Assembly (NCBI GenBank): GCA_016748015.1 | Contig: JAAOMT010000445.1 | Location: forward strand, 62,001-126,000 | Direction: 5' to 3' | Length of the DNA: 64,000 bases | DNA from: Geosiphon pyriformis uo1 | Taxonomy: Eukaryota > Fungi > Glomeromycota | Shown: in pieces, positions 40,850-53,689 of the stretch | Numbering within the stretch: position 1 is the first letter of the stretch | How the letters are laid out: the number at the start of each line of letters is the position of its first letter | Position numbers and translations under genes: made by a program | The notes under the pieces: model-generated | Database searches by the model: none | Told to the model about the DNA's origin: nothing | The model's input: the letters and a program-made list of their open reading frames with translations, nothing else

Positions 40850-42730
40850 TTAAGAAATTGACAAAAGAAAGTTTGTATATATTAAAATTATTAAAAAATT
40901 ATTAACTTAATTATAAATTTTATTAAACAAATTAATTTTTGTAAATAAAATTTTAATAATACTAAATTTATTATTATATAAATAATTATAAATACCAAAA
41001 AAACAATAATTTTATCATAAAATATTAAATTAACAAAATAATTTACAAGAATTTTAAATATAATAAAAAACTTAAAAAAAAATTAAAAAAAATTTATATT
41101 TAATAATTAAATAATTTAATTTTTAGTACTTATAATAATAATAATATTTAAAAATTTTTTATAAATACAATTATTAAAAAATTTGAATAAAATATACTTT
41201 TTTTATATATTTTATAACTATAATTAAAACAAAACTTAAAAAAATTGTTATTTTTTTATTTTTTAAAGCAATTAATAATAATAATATTTTTATTAAAATA
41301 TTTATAATTATAAAAATTACTTAATAATATTTTGTAAAAACACTTTTTTTAATTAAAAGTTTTTTTAAAATAATTTTAGTATAATATTTTAAATAGTTAA
41401 ATAATATGTTTTGTTTGTAATTTAACATTTTTAATAATTAATATAATATTAAAAATTTTAATATTTGAAAATTTTGGTTAATTGAATTGTTTATATAATA
41501 AGCTAAAATTTATTAATAATAACTAATAGTATATAATATTTAATATAATAATTAGTTTATTTTAGTGTTTTTTATTTTTTTAATAAACAATTTAATAAAT
41601 TAATTTTATATTTATTTTTATGTTTTTTATTAACCAATTTTTGATGTTATAATCTCAGTATTTTTTTTAATTAATTCATAAAACAAAATAAAACAAAATA
41701 AAAAATAAAATAAAAAAATAAAAAATTAATAGTTATAATAAAAAATTATTGTTTTTAATATTGTTAATAATATTGAATTTACTATTAATATCAATTAAAA
41801 ATAAATTGTAATTTATAAAATTTAAATAGTAAATAATTTAAATAATAATTTTATTAAAAAAGTATTTATTTTAAATAAATTTATAATTATCAAAGTTATT
41901 TAGTAAAAATTTAATATATTTAATTTTTTTTGTTATTAATACTACTATTATATATACATAAATCTTTATAATATAAGTTTTTGAAATCTTTAATAATTTT
42001 TATACTTTTTTTAAATTATTATTAAAATTTCTAATATTTCTAAAATTCTTGATATTTTTGTTAATATTTTTGAATTTTTTGGTATTATATAATTTGATAC
42101 TTTATACTATATTTCTTAATTATTACTTATTTTTTATATTACTTTATAAATAAATTTATAATTTATTAATTTGTAAATTAGTATTATAATTTATTAATTA
42201 AATTTGAATATTTTGTTAATTTAAAAATTTTAATAATAAAGTTTTTTATATAATAAACAAAAATTTAAATAATAACTATTAATAATACTTAATATCTAAT
42301 TTTTTAACATATTAATTAATTATTTTGGTGTTTTTTATTTTTTTAATAAGCAATTTAATTATTAATAAGTTAATTTTATATTTATTCTTATATTTTTTAC
42401 CAAATAATCTGTAATATTATAATTTTAAAACTTTTTTATGATTAATTAATATAAAAAACAAAACAAAATAAAATGAAAAAAAATGAAAATAAAAAAATAA
42501 TAATAAAAAAATCAGTATTTTGTTAATAATAATTATCAAAAATTATTGTTTTAATATTATTAATATTTGTTTTTTTAATAAACTAAGTATTAAAGTAAAT
42601 AGTTTTAATAAGATAAATAATAATTTATAAATTTAAATAATAAAAATAATCAAATATTTTTTTTGCTTTTAATGCTATAATTATATATATATAAATTTTT
42701 ATAATACAAAATTTTTAAAATTTTTAAAAT
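40850..42730. repeat. Near-pure A/T block with an internal direct duplication (~41488-41830 vs ~42241-42640)
   Basis: Shared strings such as tatttt[a/g]gtgttttttattttttt aataa.caatttaat and aaaaattattgtttt.aatatt.ttaat, about 770 bp apart. Confidence 0.7.
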
Positions 42731-42736
42731 TTAAAA

Positions 42737-45700
42737 TTTTTTTTTTATTCATTTAATGAGTGAAATCCAAATACTGCCTAGTATAATACATCAAAAAATT
42801 GATTTAAACTAGGTGTGAATCATGCATTTACTACACATAACCAGTTACTCAAGCCAATCAAAATAACACTAAGCACTTATATAAACAGAAATAGGACTCC
42901 CAATACCTGAGAGAAACAAATGAGACTTACAAAACTTAAAACTTATACCAAATGTCTTATCAATACCCAACAGTCTAATTATATCAGCAGAAAATGATGA
43001 AGACAGCCCAGAAATTGGTTTTAAAATTGACTCATCAGATAGTATCAGCCCATTCTTTTCCATAAAAGCACAATGCTTAGCACGAACTGACCAAATCTTT
43101 TCTCTAAAAGCAAGACAAAAACTACACACAAAGTCTACCATCTTCCAACTCACACTCTTGGAGTTTTTGAAAACTGATGCAGCTTCATGAAGCCAGTTCT
43201 TAAAAACAAAACTCTTGTAAAGAACTGTACACACCACAGCATTTGAAACACAAGATGACAACAATTGAAACACACACAAAAAGGAGATGGAAAGACCAGA
43301 AATTGTGCACCATATAGTTGCATGGACATCTAACAAACAATAACAGGTTGAATTATCAAACATGCAAGAAAAAGCATGATCTGAGACTTCAACATTGTCA
43401 TAATACAGACACAATACACTGAGGTAACATTTATTATACAATTACTTCCGTACAGCAACTAGTAACTGACAATACAAAGCTTTCATGAAATATGTTTGAA
43501 TACTAGCAGTAAGTTTACTAGTAAAACCTGCAGCCATGTGTAAGTCAGGATGCTATACTGAGAAAAAGCTACACCAATTCACATCTGAAAGCAAACTACT
43601 ATCTAAAACACCAGAACCAAAACCAAGTTCCCAGCATACATGATGAATAGAGTGAAAAATCTCATGCACAAAATGTCTAAAATTCCCAGAAACAACACTA
43701 TCCTTTGCTAAAATACAATGTTCTTCTAAGCTGAGAAAAAAGCACCAAGAGGAATGAGAAGCTGCATCAGCAAGAGCATCAGCATGTTCATTACCTAAGA
43801 TACCCGAATGATCTTTAATCTTGTACCAAGTAACACTTAAATTCTTTTTCCTAATAATGTTCACAATATGCTGACATTCAACCCAACACCAATTCCAAAA
43901 ATCTGAATGCACCAAACTTAATTTCAATATGCATGCATCCAAGGCAGCTTGACTGTCCATGAAAAAATGAACCAAGTTGAAGGAGGGGACACACTCAAGA
44001 GCTAAAGCTATAGTCTATAGTTCCGCTAAAGTAAAAAACAACAGACCAGAAACCCTAACTCCTAAATCCAAGTTGATGTCCTTAAAAAAGACTGCTGTAC
44101 CAGCCCTCATGTCAGTACTGTCCAAGTTCTGTAGAGATTTATTCATATATACAGATATGATATTATTCATGACATCCAACAATTGATTACAAATAAAACC
44201 AAACTTATTAGACCTTAAAACACTTGAAATGCCAGAATCATCCAAAGAGGAAAAATAAGCAGAGGGAAAGGCTAAACCACCAAGAAAATCAACAAATAGC
44301 CTAAACCAGTCAGGAACAAGGCCACGTGGGTTCAGCTTTTTCCAATGCTTGAAGGTTTTTCAGTCAAAAATAGTATCTTTCTGACTATGAAGTTGCTTAA
44401 CAAAAGCTATACTATAATAATGAAGAGAGGGAAAAAACCTATAGAACTCAGATTTACTAAGAACAGTTAACATAAAAGTGCTATTCTGAATACAGAAGGA
44501 GCTAATAATTGGACCACTCAAAGATAAGTTGCAATCAAGAAAAATATGAACCACACCTGCCAGAAAATTATTGGAAGGGCTGACTCTTATGTGAGCTGGA
44601 GAGTTCAAAAAATAAAGTGGACACCAACTCAGAGCTTACAAGTTAAGAGACCTGTGTGAAAACAAACATCTCAAAATCTCAACAGAGTTCACAAAACACA
44701 CAACAGAAGCCACCTTGTTTTCAGCCTGAACTTGCTCAAAAAATTTCAAACCATACAATGAAGAGTGGTAAAATACATCACTAGGAAAGTTGTGAGGAAG
44801 ACCAGATTTCAATTTTAATACTTTGTGAACCATAGCATCCCACTTTTCACACACCCCAATAAAAACAAAATTGAATTGCATCCTGTAGCCAACAATAGGA
44901 TACAGAACAGCAGACACCAAATATGAGAACTGTTTATCTGAAATGGTCTTCCTCAATACAAGATTGACAAAAAACCTGACATCCGAATGTGTCTTAACTA
45001 AACTAAGCTTTGATAAACCATCTGTAAACAAAAAGATACCCAGATAGCAATAAGATTCCCCTTTCTTGGCAATGGAAATAGGCAAGCCACTGATTGACAA
45101 AGAAAGACATTCTACCCCACAATTAATAGAAATGACCACCGTTTTGTCATTATTAATGGAAATGTTATTGATTCTAAAAAATTCACTGGCAACATTAAAG
45201 ATGTGTTGTGTTGCAGTTTGACTGTTACCAACCCATATCATGTCATCAACAAAAGTACCAGCAACAAGAAAGGAGATCAACCCAGCCTGAGATTCTACAT
45301 GACCAGTCCTGGTAATAAAATAAGAATTCAACCTATAACCACACACACTTTTTTGCCTCTTGACTTCACATAAAAGGGGATTATAAAAAATGTGCCAAAG
45401 AAGAGGTAAGAAAACCTCCCTCTGATTCAAACCATCAAGCACCCAATATCCATTCATCAAACCAAAATTTGTCATAATTCTGTTGACACAATCATTGTGT
45501 ATGCCACCAAAAAATCTAATGAACTTATCACACATTTTTATTCTGACCAAGTTTCTCCTAAGATGCTTTCAATTAACTGAATTGTAGGCCTTCCACATGT
45601 CTTGCAAGACCAACCAGAGCTCATGGTTCTTTTCCAATGCATTCTCAACCACCGAACCTATGGCAAAAATAGGAGATTACATGGTCATACCCTTTAAAAC

Positions 45701-45742
45701 CGAGAAATTGTCCCTTTGTAAAATGTCAAAAGTGTTGCATGC
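42737..45742 (-). mobile_element. LINE (non-LTR retrotransposon), 3' part: RT C-terminal half, RNase H, C-terminal Cys/His knuckle, 3' UTR, polyA; pseudogenised
   Basis: LVLQDMWKAYNSV, GLNQREVFLPLLWHIFYNPLL and TFVDDMIW (RT); AEL.TIALAL, DSQAA and KIKDHSGILGNEHADALA (RNase H); CLYYDNVEVSDHAFSC; stop at 42869; AATAAA followed by an A-tail (T-run 42737-42746). Confidence 0.92.
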
Positions 45743-46529
45743 TGTTACAGTTCAAAAATTTAATAGAAATTATAAATAATATAAATTAGCCAATCATGAA
45801 ATAGCACAGCAACAATTTATAAAAAGAAATGATTTGCAAGCACTATTGTGCAAAAACAGCAAGCACTATTTCACAATAGCAGCAAGCACTATTTAAAAAT
45901 AACAGAAATAGAGTATTACAAGATGTTATTTTGTAAAACAATAATTATATATATATACAATAGTTTTTAATGATGAAAAAGAACAAGCTTCAACTAAAAG
46001 CAACAAATATCTAAATAAAATCTTATTCAAAAAAAAAAGAATTAATAAAAATAATAAATTGAATAAACATCACAATTACGAAATTAACAATAGAATTCAC
46101 ATACCCTCTCTAGCAAATGAAACTATCATTCTATCTTTAAACTCTTTGGAAGAATAATTTCTGATCAAAATTATTCATGTGGTTATTAATTAAATTAAAA
46201 AAGCTTTATTATATACTTAGAGAAATCGCAAAAAGACCATTAACACTTCATGTTTTTAGATTAGAGAAACACATCAGAAAATTGCAAGGATAGCCTCAGA
46301 GAAGACCCCAGACAGTGGGTAGATTTCAGATTAGCCTCTGGGAAGGAGTACACAACATACAAAGACAACTAGAATTAAAGAAAAGACTTATATCACAACA
46401 TCAAGAGAAAACCTTCAGTACATTATCATTAATATCCAATACATAAAATAGAGAAACTCACGAGAGACTAATTGCAATTAAAATAGGAGATCAACAATTA
46501 AAATATACCAAAAAAACTATCTCATAACA
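45743..46529 (+). repeat. 5' LTR of element B
   Basis: Direct repeat of 62518-63314; contains ~21-bp subrepeats (gcaagcactatt...). Confidence 0.95.
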
Positions 46530-49500
46530 TTTAGTGAACCCTACAAGAAAAGAAAATCAAAAAGAAAATAATAATTAGCAATAATTTATTGCTAAAAAAG
46601 AAAAAACAAAAGTGGCGACAAAAACTCCTAACCTTACTGTTCTTGAATTCTGCCGTGTTATTTACACACAAAATCAAAATGATCTTGAATTACCAGAAGG
46701 GTGTTGTCCAGCAGAATCTGTTCTCACTTATTATATCAACACTAGAATAAATTATCATATAAGAAAAGAAGAAGAACCACATGACACAAAACTTGGATTG
46801 TATAGAAAATTATCACAATACACTACAAAGAAAATAGCAGTAATAGCCGCAACTATTGTCAAAATCCATCAAAAAATTGAGCAATATGCCAATAAAAATT
46901 TTTCAATATTCACAGGAAACACTAAGAAATGCGCCAACAAAACCAAAAAAAATTTAAAAACTAATCAGGAAAGTAACCAGCAAAAACTAGGAATACTTGC
47001 TCAAACACCAAAAAAAACTGTCATTTAATCAATAAAAAAACAATGTATTTATTTACCAGAAAATAAATCATACCATTTTTCACCAGAAAATAAGATACAA
47101 ATTCTATTAGGAGCTGCATTATTATCAACATCAACTCCACAAATGCCAAAAACTCCTAGTTATATTGATAAAATTAAACAATGTAACTGGGGAGACATAC
47201 CAATTACAGGAGGATATTCATTGTTATTCCAAAACTCTTTTTTTTAACCAAAATTCAGAATGAGATTTGAAAACCATGAAGAGGAGTCTGAATCAAAATC
47301 TGAAAAAGAGACCAACAAAAAAACAATCACAAGACTGGTTACTAGAACAAGCAGCCAGTTTAGAAACCAAGAAACTTGTGATTAAGAGGAAAAACCAGAT
47401 ATAAAGAAAGCCACCTTTAGGAATGCTCAAAGAAATATCATCCCACTTTTTCTTAGACTAATAAGCCCACCAGCAGAAAATGACGACAAAATAGCCACAC
47501 TATACATCGCAAGACTAACAGATTTCTCAGAAGAGAAAGAAGAAATGGACATGTACATGTGACTTAAAGAAGCACAAAAAGCCATCCAGGCAAATAACTG
47601 GAATGACTAAAGAGCAATTCAAATATTATTTTTCTTTCTGAAAGGCACAGCTGACTCGTGATATTAAAGCCTGGAAACAAAACTCATGAGCTTTGTCAAA
47701 TTTAAAAATGCACTTCTGGAGTATTTTAACAACCCAAATGCCGTAATTCAATTACAAAACGAATTCAATATTATCAAGCAAGATACTGGTGAAACTGTCA
47801 CCCAATACCTTGCTCGATTCAATTGAATTTGCTATTAGATTAAAGCAATTGAACAAGGATATTACACTGATTTTCAGGTTTTAAATTAGTTTATTAGAGG
47901 ATTAAAAAGCAGCATTTTAGGAAGAGTATGCTCTGCCCACCTTAATTCCTTACCAGAAGCCATTATGCTCATTAGAGCTCTTGAATCAGCTAAGAAAGAA
48001 GCTAACCATAGTCAAATGGTTAACATAGTAATGGAAGAAAATAAGACAGAAACATTAGAGAAAAGAGTAACACAATTAAGAGAGGAACTCTTTAAGAAAA
48101 TAGAAAGTTACCTCATCTCAGATTCAAAAAGAAATACATACCAACCACTCCAAAAACACAGCCAAAAAGTCAGCAACAGTTGAAATAATTGCTCATCACA
48201 CCAAGAATTCAGAACAGAAATGCGTACCTGCTATTTTTGCAAATGTGTAGGATATTTGATTAGTCAATGTCAAATGCGAATGATACAGGAAGCATGCAAA
48301 AATAATTATTATGCACCACCCCAAATGCCCAGAAACCAGTACATACCAATACCATGCCAATATCTCACTATGTATCAAAATCAAGAAACTTATCAGCAAC
48401 AGTCCATGATAGCCAACCCGAATTGGCATCCCGAGCCCCGAAATCAGCCCATGTGGAACTAAAACATGTTGGTCCAGAGGAATTCAAACCATGCTGGAAC
48501 CAGTCAGCAAACCAATTCAAACTACCAAAATTATCAACAAATTTACCTTAATATACCAAAAAATCTGATTATCAGAAACAATAATGATAAAAACATAAAC
48601 AAAACCAAAAATTCCTCCAACAAATTGAGCCAAACAATATTACCAGTAGTTGTTACCAAAGATAACAGCCTCGCAGCTATTTTTTCTTTTGAATTAGAGA
48701 AAAATGAGACTATGTTCAGTGGAGCAGCATTGGACAAAAAACACCTAATTACTGCTATATATACAGAAGCCACTGTAAACAATACCCCAATCAAACTTAT
48801 CTTAGATAGCAAATCTGCTGGAAGCATCATAACGCTTCAACTAGTAAACCAACTGGGTTTCAAAGTTGATAGTGCTGCGACATCCCAAATCATAACAGCC
48901 AATAGAAGTACAAAGCTGTCTCATGGTAAAATCGACTCATTTTCTTTTGAAATTAATAGCATAGTAATACCTACAAAAGTATTAGTAATGGATACTACAC
49001 AATATTAAGTGTTAGTAGGGAATGACTGGCTAACAAAAGCCAATACCACCTTAGACTAGACCACCCAAAAGCTTCTGATCAATTATAATGGCCACCAGGC
49101 CAGAATTTCAGCCACTTGTGGCCACTTCCAAAAACCCAGCATCAACCAAAAACCTACCTTTGAATTTGAGGAAAATCCAGCACTACCAGCCATCAAAACT
49201 TATTAGCTCTCTTGGGCTAATAACCAAAAAACAGGACTACCAGCCATACCAACGTGGACCAGTGAAGGAAGATCCAAATGGAACCAAATAAGTCTATAAA
49301 AAAACCGCCAGCAATGCAAACCAAAACTAGAATATTCGGTTTGCAATAAGAAACTCTTATCTATGATTGCATGCAGCACACCAGACAAAAACTCAAGAAA
49401 CCTCACCTACTATTATTGTAACCATTATAACAAAAAAAAATACAGTTACCCAGAAAGACATGGAAAATGAAATGAAGAACTGTGTCTCGCTTGTGAAGAA

Positions 49501-50079
49501 CCATTACCAAAAAAGTGTGACTGGATCGACATGTCAGGCAGAGGAGAAACATGTGGTGCAACTTGCCAATACATGATCTTCATCTGTGACTGAGTAAGAA
49601 AAGAAACGCCATTCGAAGCAGGATTCAACAGAGTGTTAAAAAGACTATAGCACTACTCACATGATAAGAACAAGTTGTACAACACTGCACAGGCCAAAGT
49701 AAGAGAAGAAACTGCCAAAGAAATATGACATTGGAAAGAGTCAGCCGAAGTAGCCAACGAAGTTGTCAGCTACAATATGTTCAACCCAGTGGACAAATTC
49801 CAAGACTACTACCAACAACTATGCCCCACTTGACAAAAGCAAGAACAATATCTCACCCAAATCAACACTTATCTCTGCAAAAACTGTCTTACCCCATGCC
49901 AAAATCAGTGCTGTAAAGAGTGTCAAGACAAAAGGAACTTAGAAAGAAAAATGGAAATTGAGAATTAGCATTCTCAAAATCAATAAATAAATCAATAAGA
50001 CTTACCTGATGGTCCCAAGTCAAAAAAATTTGTAGTCTATACTGACCTAGAACAGATAATTGACATCTGATACTTTGAC

Positions 50080-50500
50080 AACGGACACTTAGGAATAATA
50101 TCCAAAAGAGCCCATCCAACTGACACCAGATTCAATTTATGTTATCTGGAAGACAAATCCACAACATTACTACCCAGGAGCATCACCAAATTGACCTGAA
50201 AATAGTGGTTAAAATTCTGCCAGAAATAATGATTCAAATAGCATCGCGATCAAGTCTCGTAAAAAAAGGAATAAGTATTCAAGGAGGAGTAATTAACTCT
50301 GAATACACTGGAAATTTGATGGTTTTACTACAGAACAATTCAGAAAAACCTTATATAATTGAATCTAAAGAAAAGATTGCACAAGCAATTTTTTTACCAT
50401 TGGTAAAAATTGGGAAATTTGTGCCAGTAGAAAATTGTGAGGAATTGATACAAACAATAAGAAGAACTTTTGGTTTCAGATCAACAGGAAAAGGAATTGA
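50080..50500 (+). pseudogene. dUTPase domain in the pol of element B
   Basis: RAHPTDTRFNL, QIASRSSL, GGVINSEYTG, KIAQAIF, RRTFGFRSTG: all five trimeric dUTPase motifs, with a frameshift near 50190. Confidence 0.9.
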
Positions 50501-52024
50501 AGCAAATTTTGCTGAAACAATAAAAAAAAAAGCAAATTAATTAAAACTGAGCAGTCAATCATGCTCACATCTTATGGAAAATCAGAAATTAAAATAAAAA
50601 GAACAATAAAAGATATAAATTTAATATTTGAGCCCCATCCAAAAACTTGTTAACAGTTTCTCATAGGATTTACTAATCTTTTTATTCCAGCTGACAAAAC
50701 ACAATAGATAAAAATTCTTATCATAAATACCACAAAAGAGCTCATATACATTCCAGAAAACACCATTATAAGATATCTTGAAACAGAACTAGAAAACGTG
50801 TCAATACTACAAGAAATTTTAAATTTCCCAGAAATTGCTCTCTACTGTAAACTCACTTCAATAAATTGACAACAACTGTTGGAATGCTATCAATTTATGC
50901 CAGAAGAATTGGCCAAATTAAACATTGGAACAATGGATCTTGACCAACAGTGACAATTAAAAGCATTAATTTTAAAATACTCTGATATATTTTCATGAAA
51001 TGGTAAATTTGAAAAAACCAACTTGGTTCAACACCAAATCCCCACTGAAGACACCAGACCTGAAAAACAATATGCTTACTGTGTTCCACTAATGGAGCAT
51101 AATTTTATCAGAGAAGAAGTCCAAAGCATGTTGAAAAAAGAAATAATTCAACCATCAATGAGCTCATGGTCCTCACCAGTTGTTTTAGTAAGGAAAAAGA
51201 ATGAAAAAATTAGATTTTGCATTAACTATCGCAAACTAAACAGCAAAACAACCAAAGACTCATACCCAATACCATTAATTGACAAAATCTTCAATGTTTT
51301 TGGAGAAGCAAATTGGTTTTCTACACTTGACTTGACCAGTGAATACTGGCAAGTGGAAATGAACCCAAAAAACAGGCATAAAACAGTATTCACAACACAA
51401 AATAGCAATTATGAGTTCAATGTAATGCCATTTGGATTGATAAACACTCCCATGACATTCCAAAGACTAATGGATGTAATTTACTCTGGAATTCTGTGAC
51501 AATCCGTTGTTGTCTACTTGGATAATACAAATGTTTTCTCGCCAAAATTCATGAATCATCTCCAATATTTACAACAAGTTTTTGAGAGATTGAGACATGC
51601 TGGACTTAAATTAAATTTAGAAAAATGTTTCTTTGGGAAAAATAAGCTAGCATTTCTAAGACACATAGTTGGAAAAAATAGAATAAAACCAGATTCATCA
51701 AAAATAGACAAAGTGAAAAATTTTCCAATACTTCAAAACGTTTCAGAAGTTAAAAGCTTTTTAGAACTTGCATCTTATTACCACTGCTTTGTAAAAAACT
51801 TTTCAAACATTGCCAAACCTCTTAATTATCTACTATCTAAAAATGTGAAATTTGAATGGATCGAAACACAACAAAAAACTTTTAAGTATCTTAGGCAAAA
51901 ACTCATTGAATCACCAATAATGATCTATTCAGATTTCAACAAAAAATTTATTTTGGCCACAGATGCCTCTGGAACTGGACTTGAAGCCATTTTTTTACAA
52001 AAAAATGATAATGGAAGAGAACAT

Positions 52025-53005
52025 TGTTACTGGAGATTTTTGGTCTCTTTTTAGCTCTTGTATGTTTGTTGTAATACTGTTAATTCATGACTATGGGAAG
52101 TATTTGAACCTCCGATAACTGAATTTTATTTTTAAATTATTTCCTATAATTTGAACTGCTGGGCTTATAAGTAGAATGGTCAATTCCATGCCAGTTGCTT
52201 TATGTAGTTACATTGTAGTAAACGTCAACTCTTTCCCAGGAATTGTTTGTCTGGAAGCTCACTAAAAATGTGTAATTACTTTGCTGTGAAAGTCAACTCT
52301 TTTACAGGAATCTTGTCTGTAGGCTACCCTAATGATTATAATAAGAAAATAAAAGAAAGAAAATAAAAGAAATGTAAAAAAAATAGAATTCTGTCAAGAG
52401 AAACATTTTCTATTCAGGCCTGAAGTCACTAACAGTTTACTGAAATTGGTAGTTAATCAATTTCAAAATGTTAGTTGGGTTTTGGGGATTTTTCTAAGTG
52501 CAATAATTAAAGAATTTGGTTTTTCAAATTATTTGATATTTATTTCTTTTTGTGTATGTAGAAATAGTTCTAAGTAATAAATCTAAAGTAAGATATATTT
52601 TCTTGAAAAAAAAAGCTCTTCTTTTATACAATTTATTGTAACACTATTCTATGAACTTGAACTTTGTTCTTTTTTACAATTTCACTAAACTAAAGATACA
52701 TTTTGGCGAACTACAAGTTATTTCTGTGAACTATTAGATATTTCAGTGAACTGTTAATTATTTTGGCAAATTTCTACAAATTTTGGTGAACTTTTGAATG
52801 TTACATATTTCGGAGTATTGCATGATTGATCATTGCACTTAGGTTATATTTGTGTTATGTACAAATTGGGTTATTAATTAAATGATAATTTCGGACATTT
52901 TGCTAATGTAATAGGTGATAATTTGAAACAATAATATATGCTAATTAATGATAGGAATAAAGATAATTTCATGCTAAATAATATCTCTAATTTCGTCTAG
53001 TAACA
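52025..53005 (-). repeat. 3' LTR of element A
   Basis: TGTTAC...TAACA; direct repeat of 60920-61889. Confidence 0.96.
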
Positions 53006-53689
53006 TAATCTCCTTCTCAAGACTGAGCTCCATCAAAGTCCAAGTACTGTCTGTAATTTCCAGATAATAATCCAAAATTATTGAAGAAATTTGGTTTGAA
53101 AATTGTTGAAATTTCAATTCTGTGAGCTTTTCAATTGAATCTTCAAAGATTGTAAAATTGGGTTTTGTAGGACGTTTTCACAGATGTGAAATAGGTCATA
53201 AAGTCTAAGAGCAGCTCTTAGTTTATAACAACTGTTTGTAGATCCAGCTGTTGTCTTGAATTCATTGTGGAGTTGTTTCCGAATAGCTTTTTTTGTGAGA
53301 TTTGCTGCTGTAAGCTTCTGTTTTTGTTTGTGAAGTGTTTTTTTAATGTAGAAATATTTATATATTGAAGTATAGTCATAGTTTTTTTTATTAAGACACA
53401 GTTGAAGTTTTTGTTGAATAGTAGCATTTGGTGAAATACTAATAGGAGTGAGCATTAAGTTTTCTCTTAAAGCAAGCTTTAAAAGTTCTGGCAAGTAAAT
53501 TCCAGAATAACTTCTTGTGTTCTTCTTATATGGGTGATATTTTCGTGAATTTGGGGCTAAATTTGTAACTACTTCTGTTTGGGTATAATTAATGTGGCTT
53601 CCAGTAACAGTAATAGATAATTCGAGTATTGTTTTTAAAGCTAACATTAGTTTTTGGGATAATTGTTAAATGTTTTAAGGAATAGTCAT
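52974..53689 (-). pseudogene. ORF3 of element A (post-integrase accessory ORF, unknown function)
   Basis: Own ATG at 53689; homologous to 37802-38500; small frameshift near 53135; the frame continues ELSLEKEIMLLDEIRDII* through the PPT into the LTR. Confidence 0.8.

Noticed and set aside
53114-53647. ORF3 as a true Env or chromodomain
   Set aside because: No signal peptide, transmembrane segment or chromodomain aromatic pattern visible.
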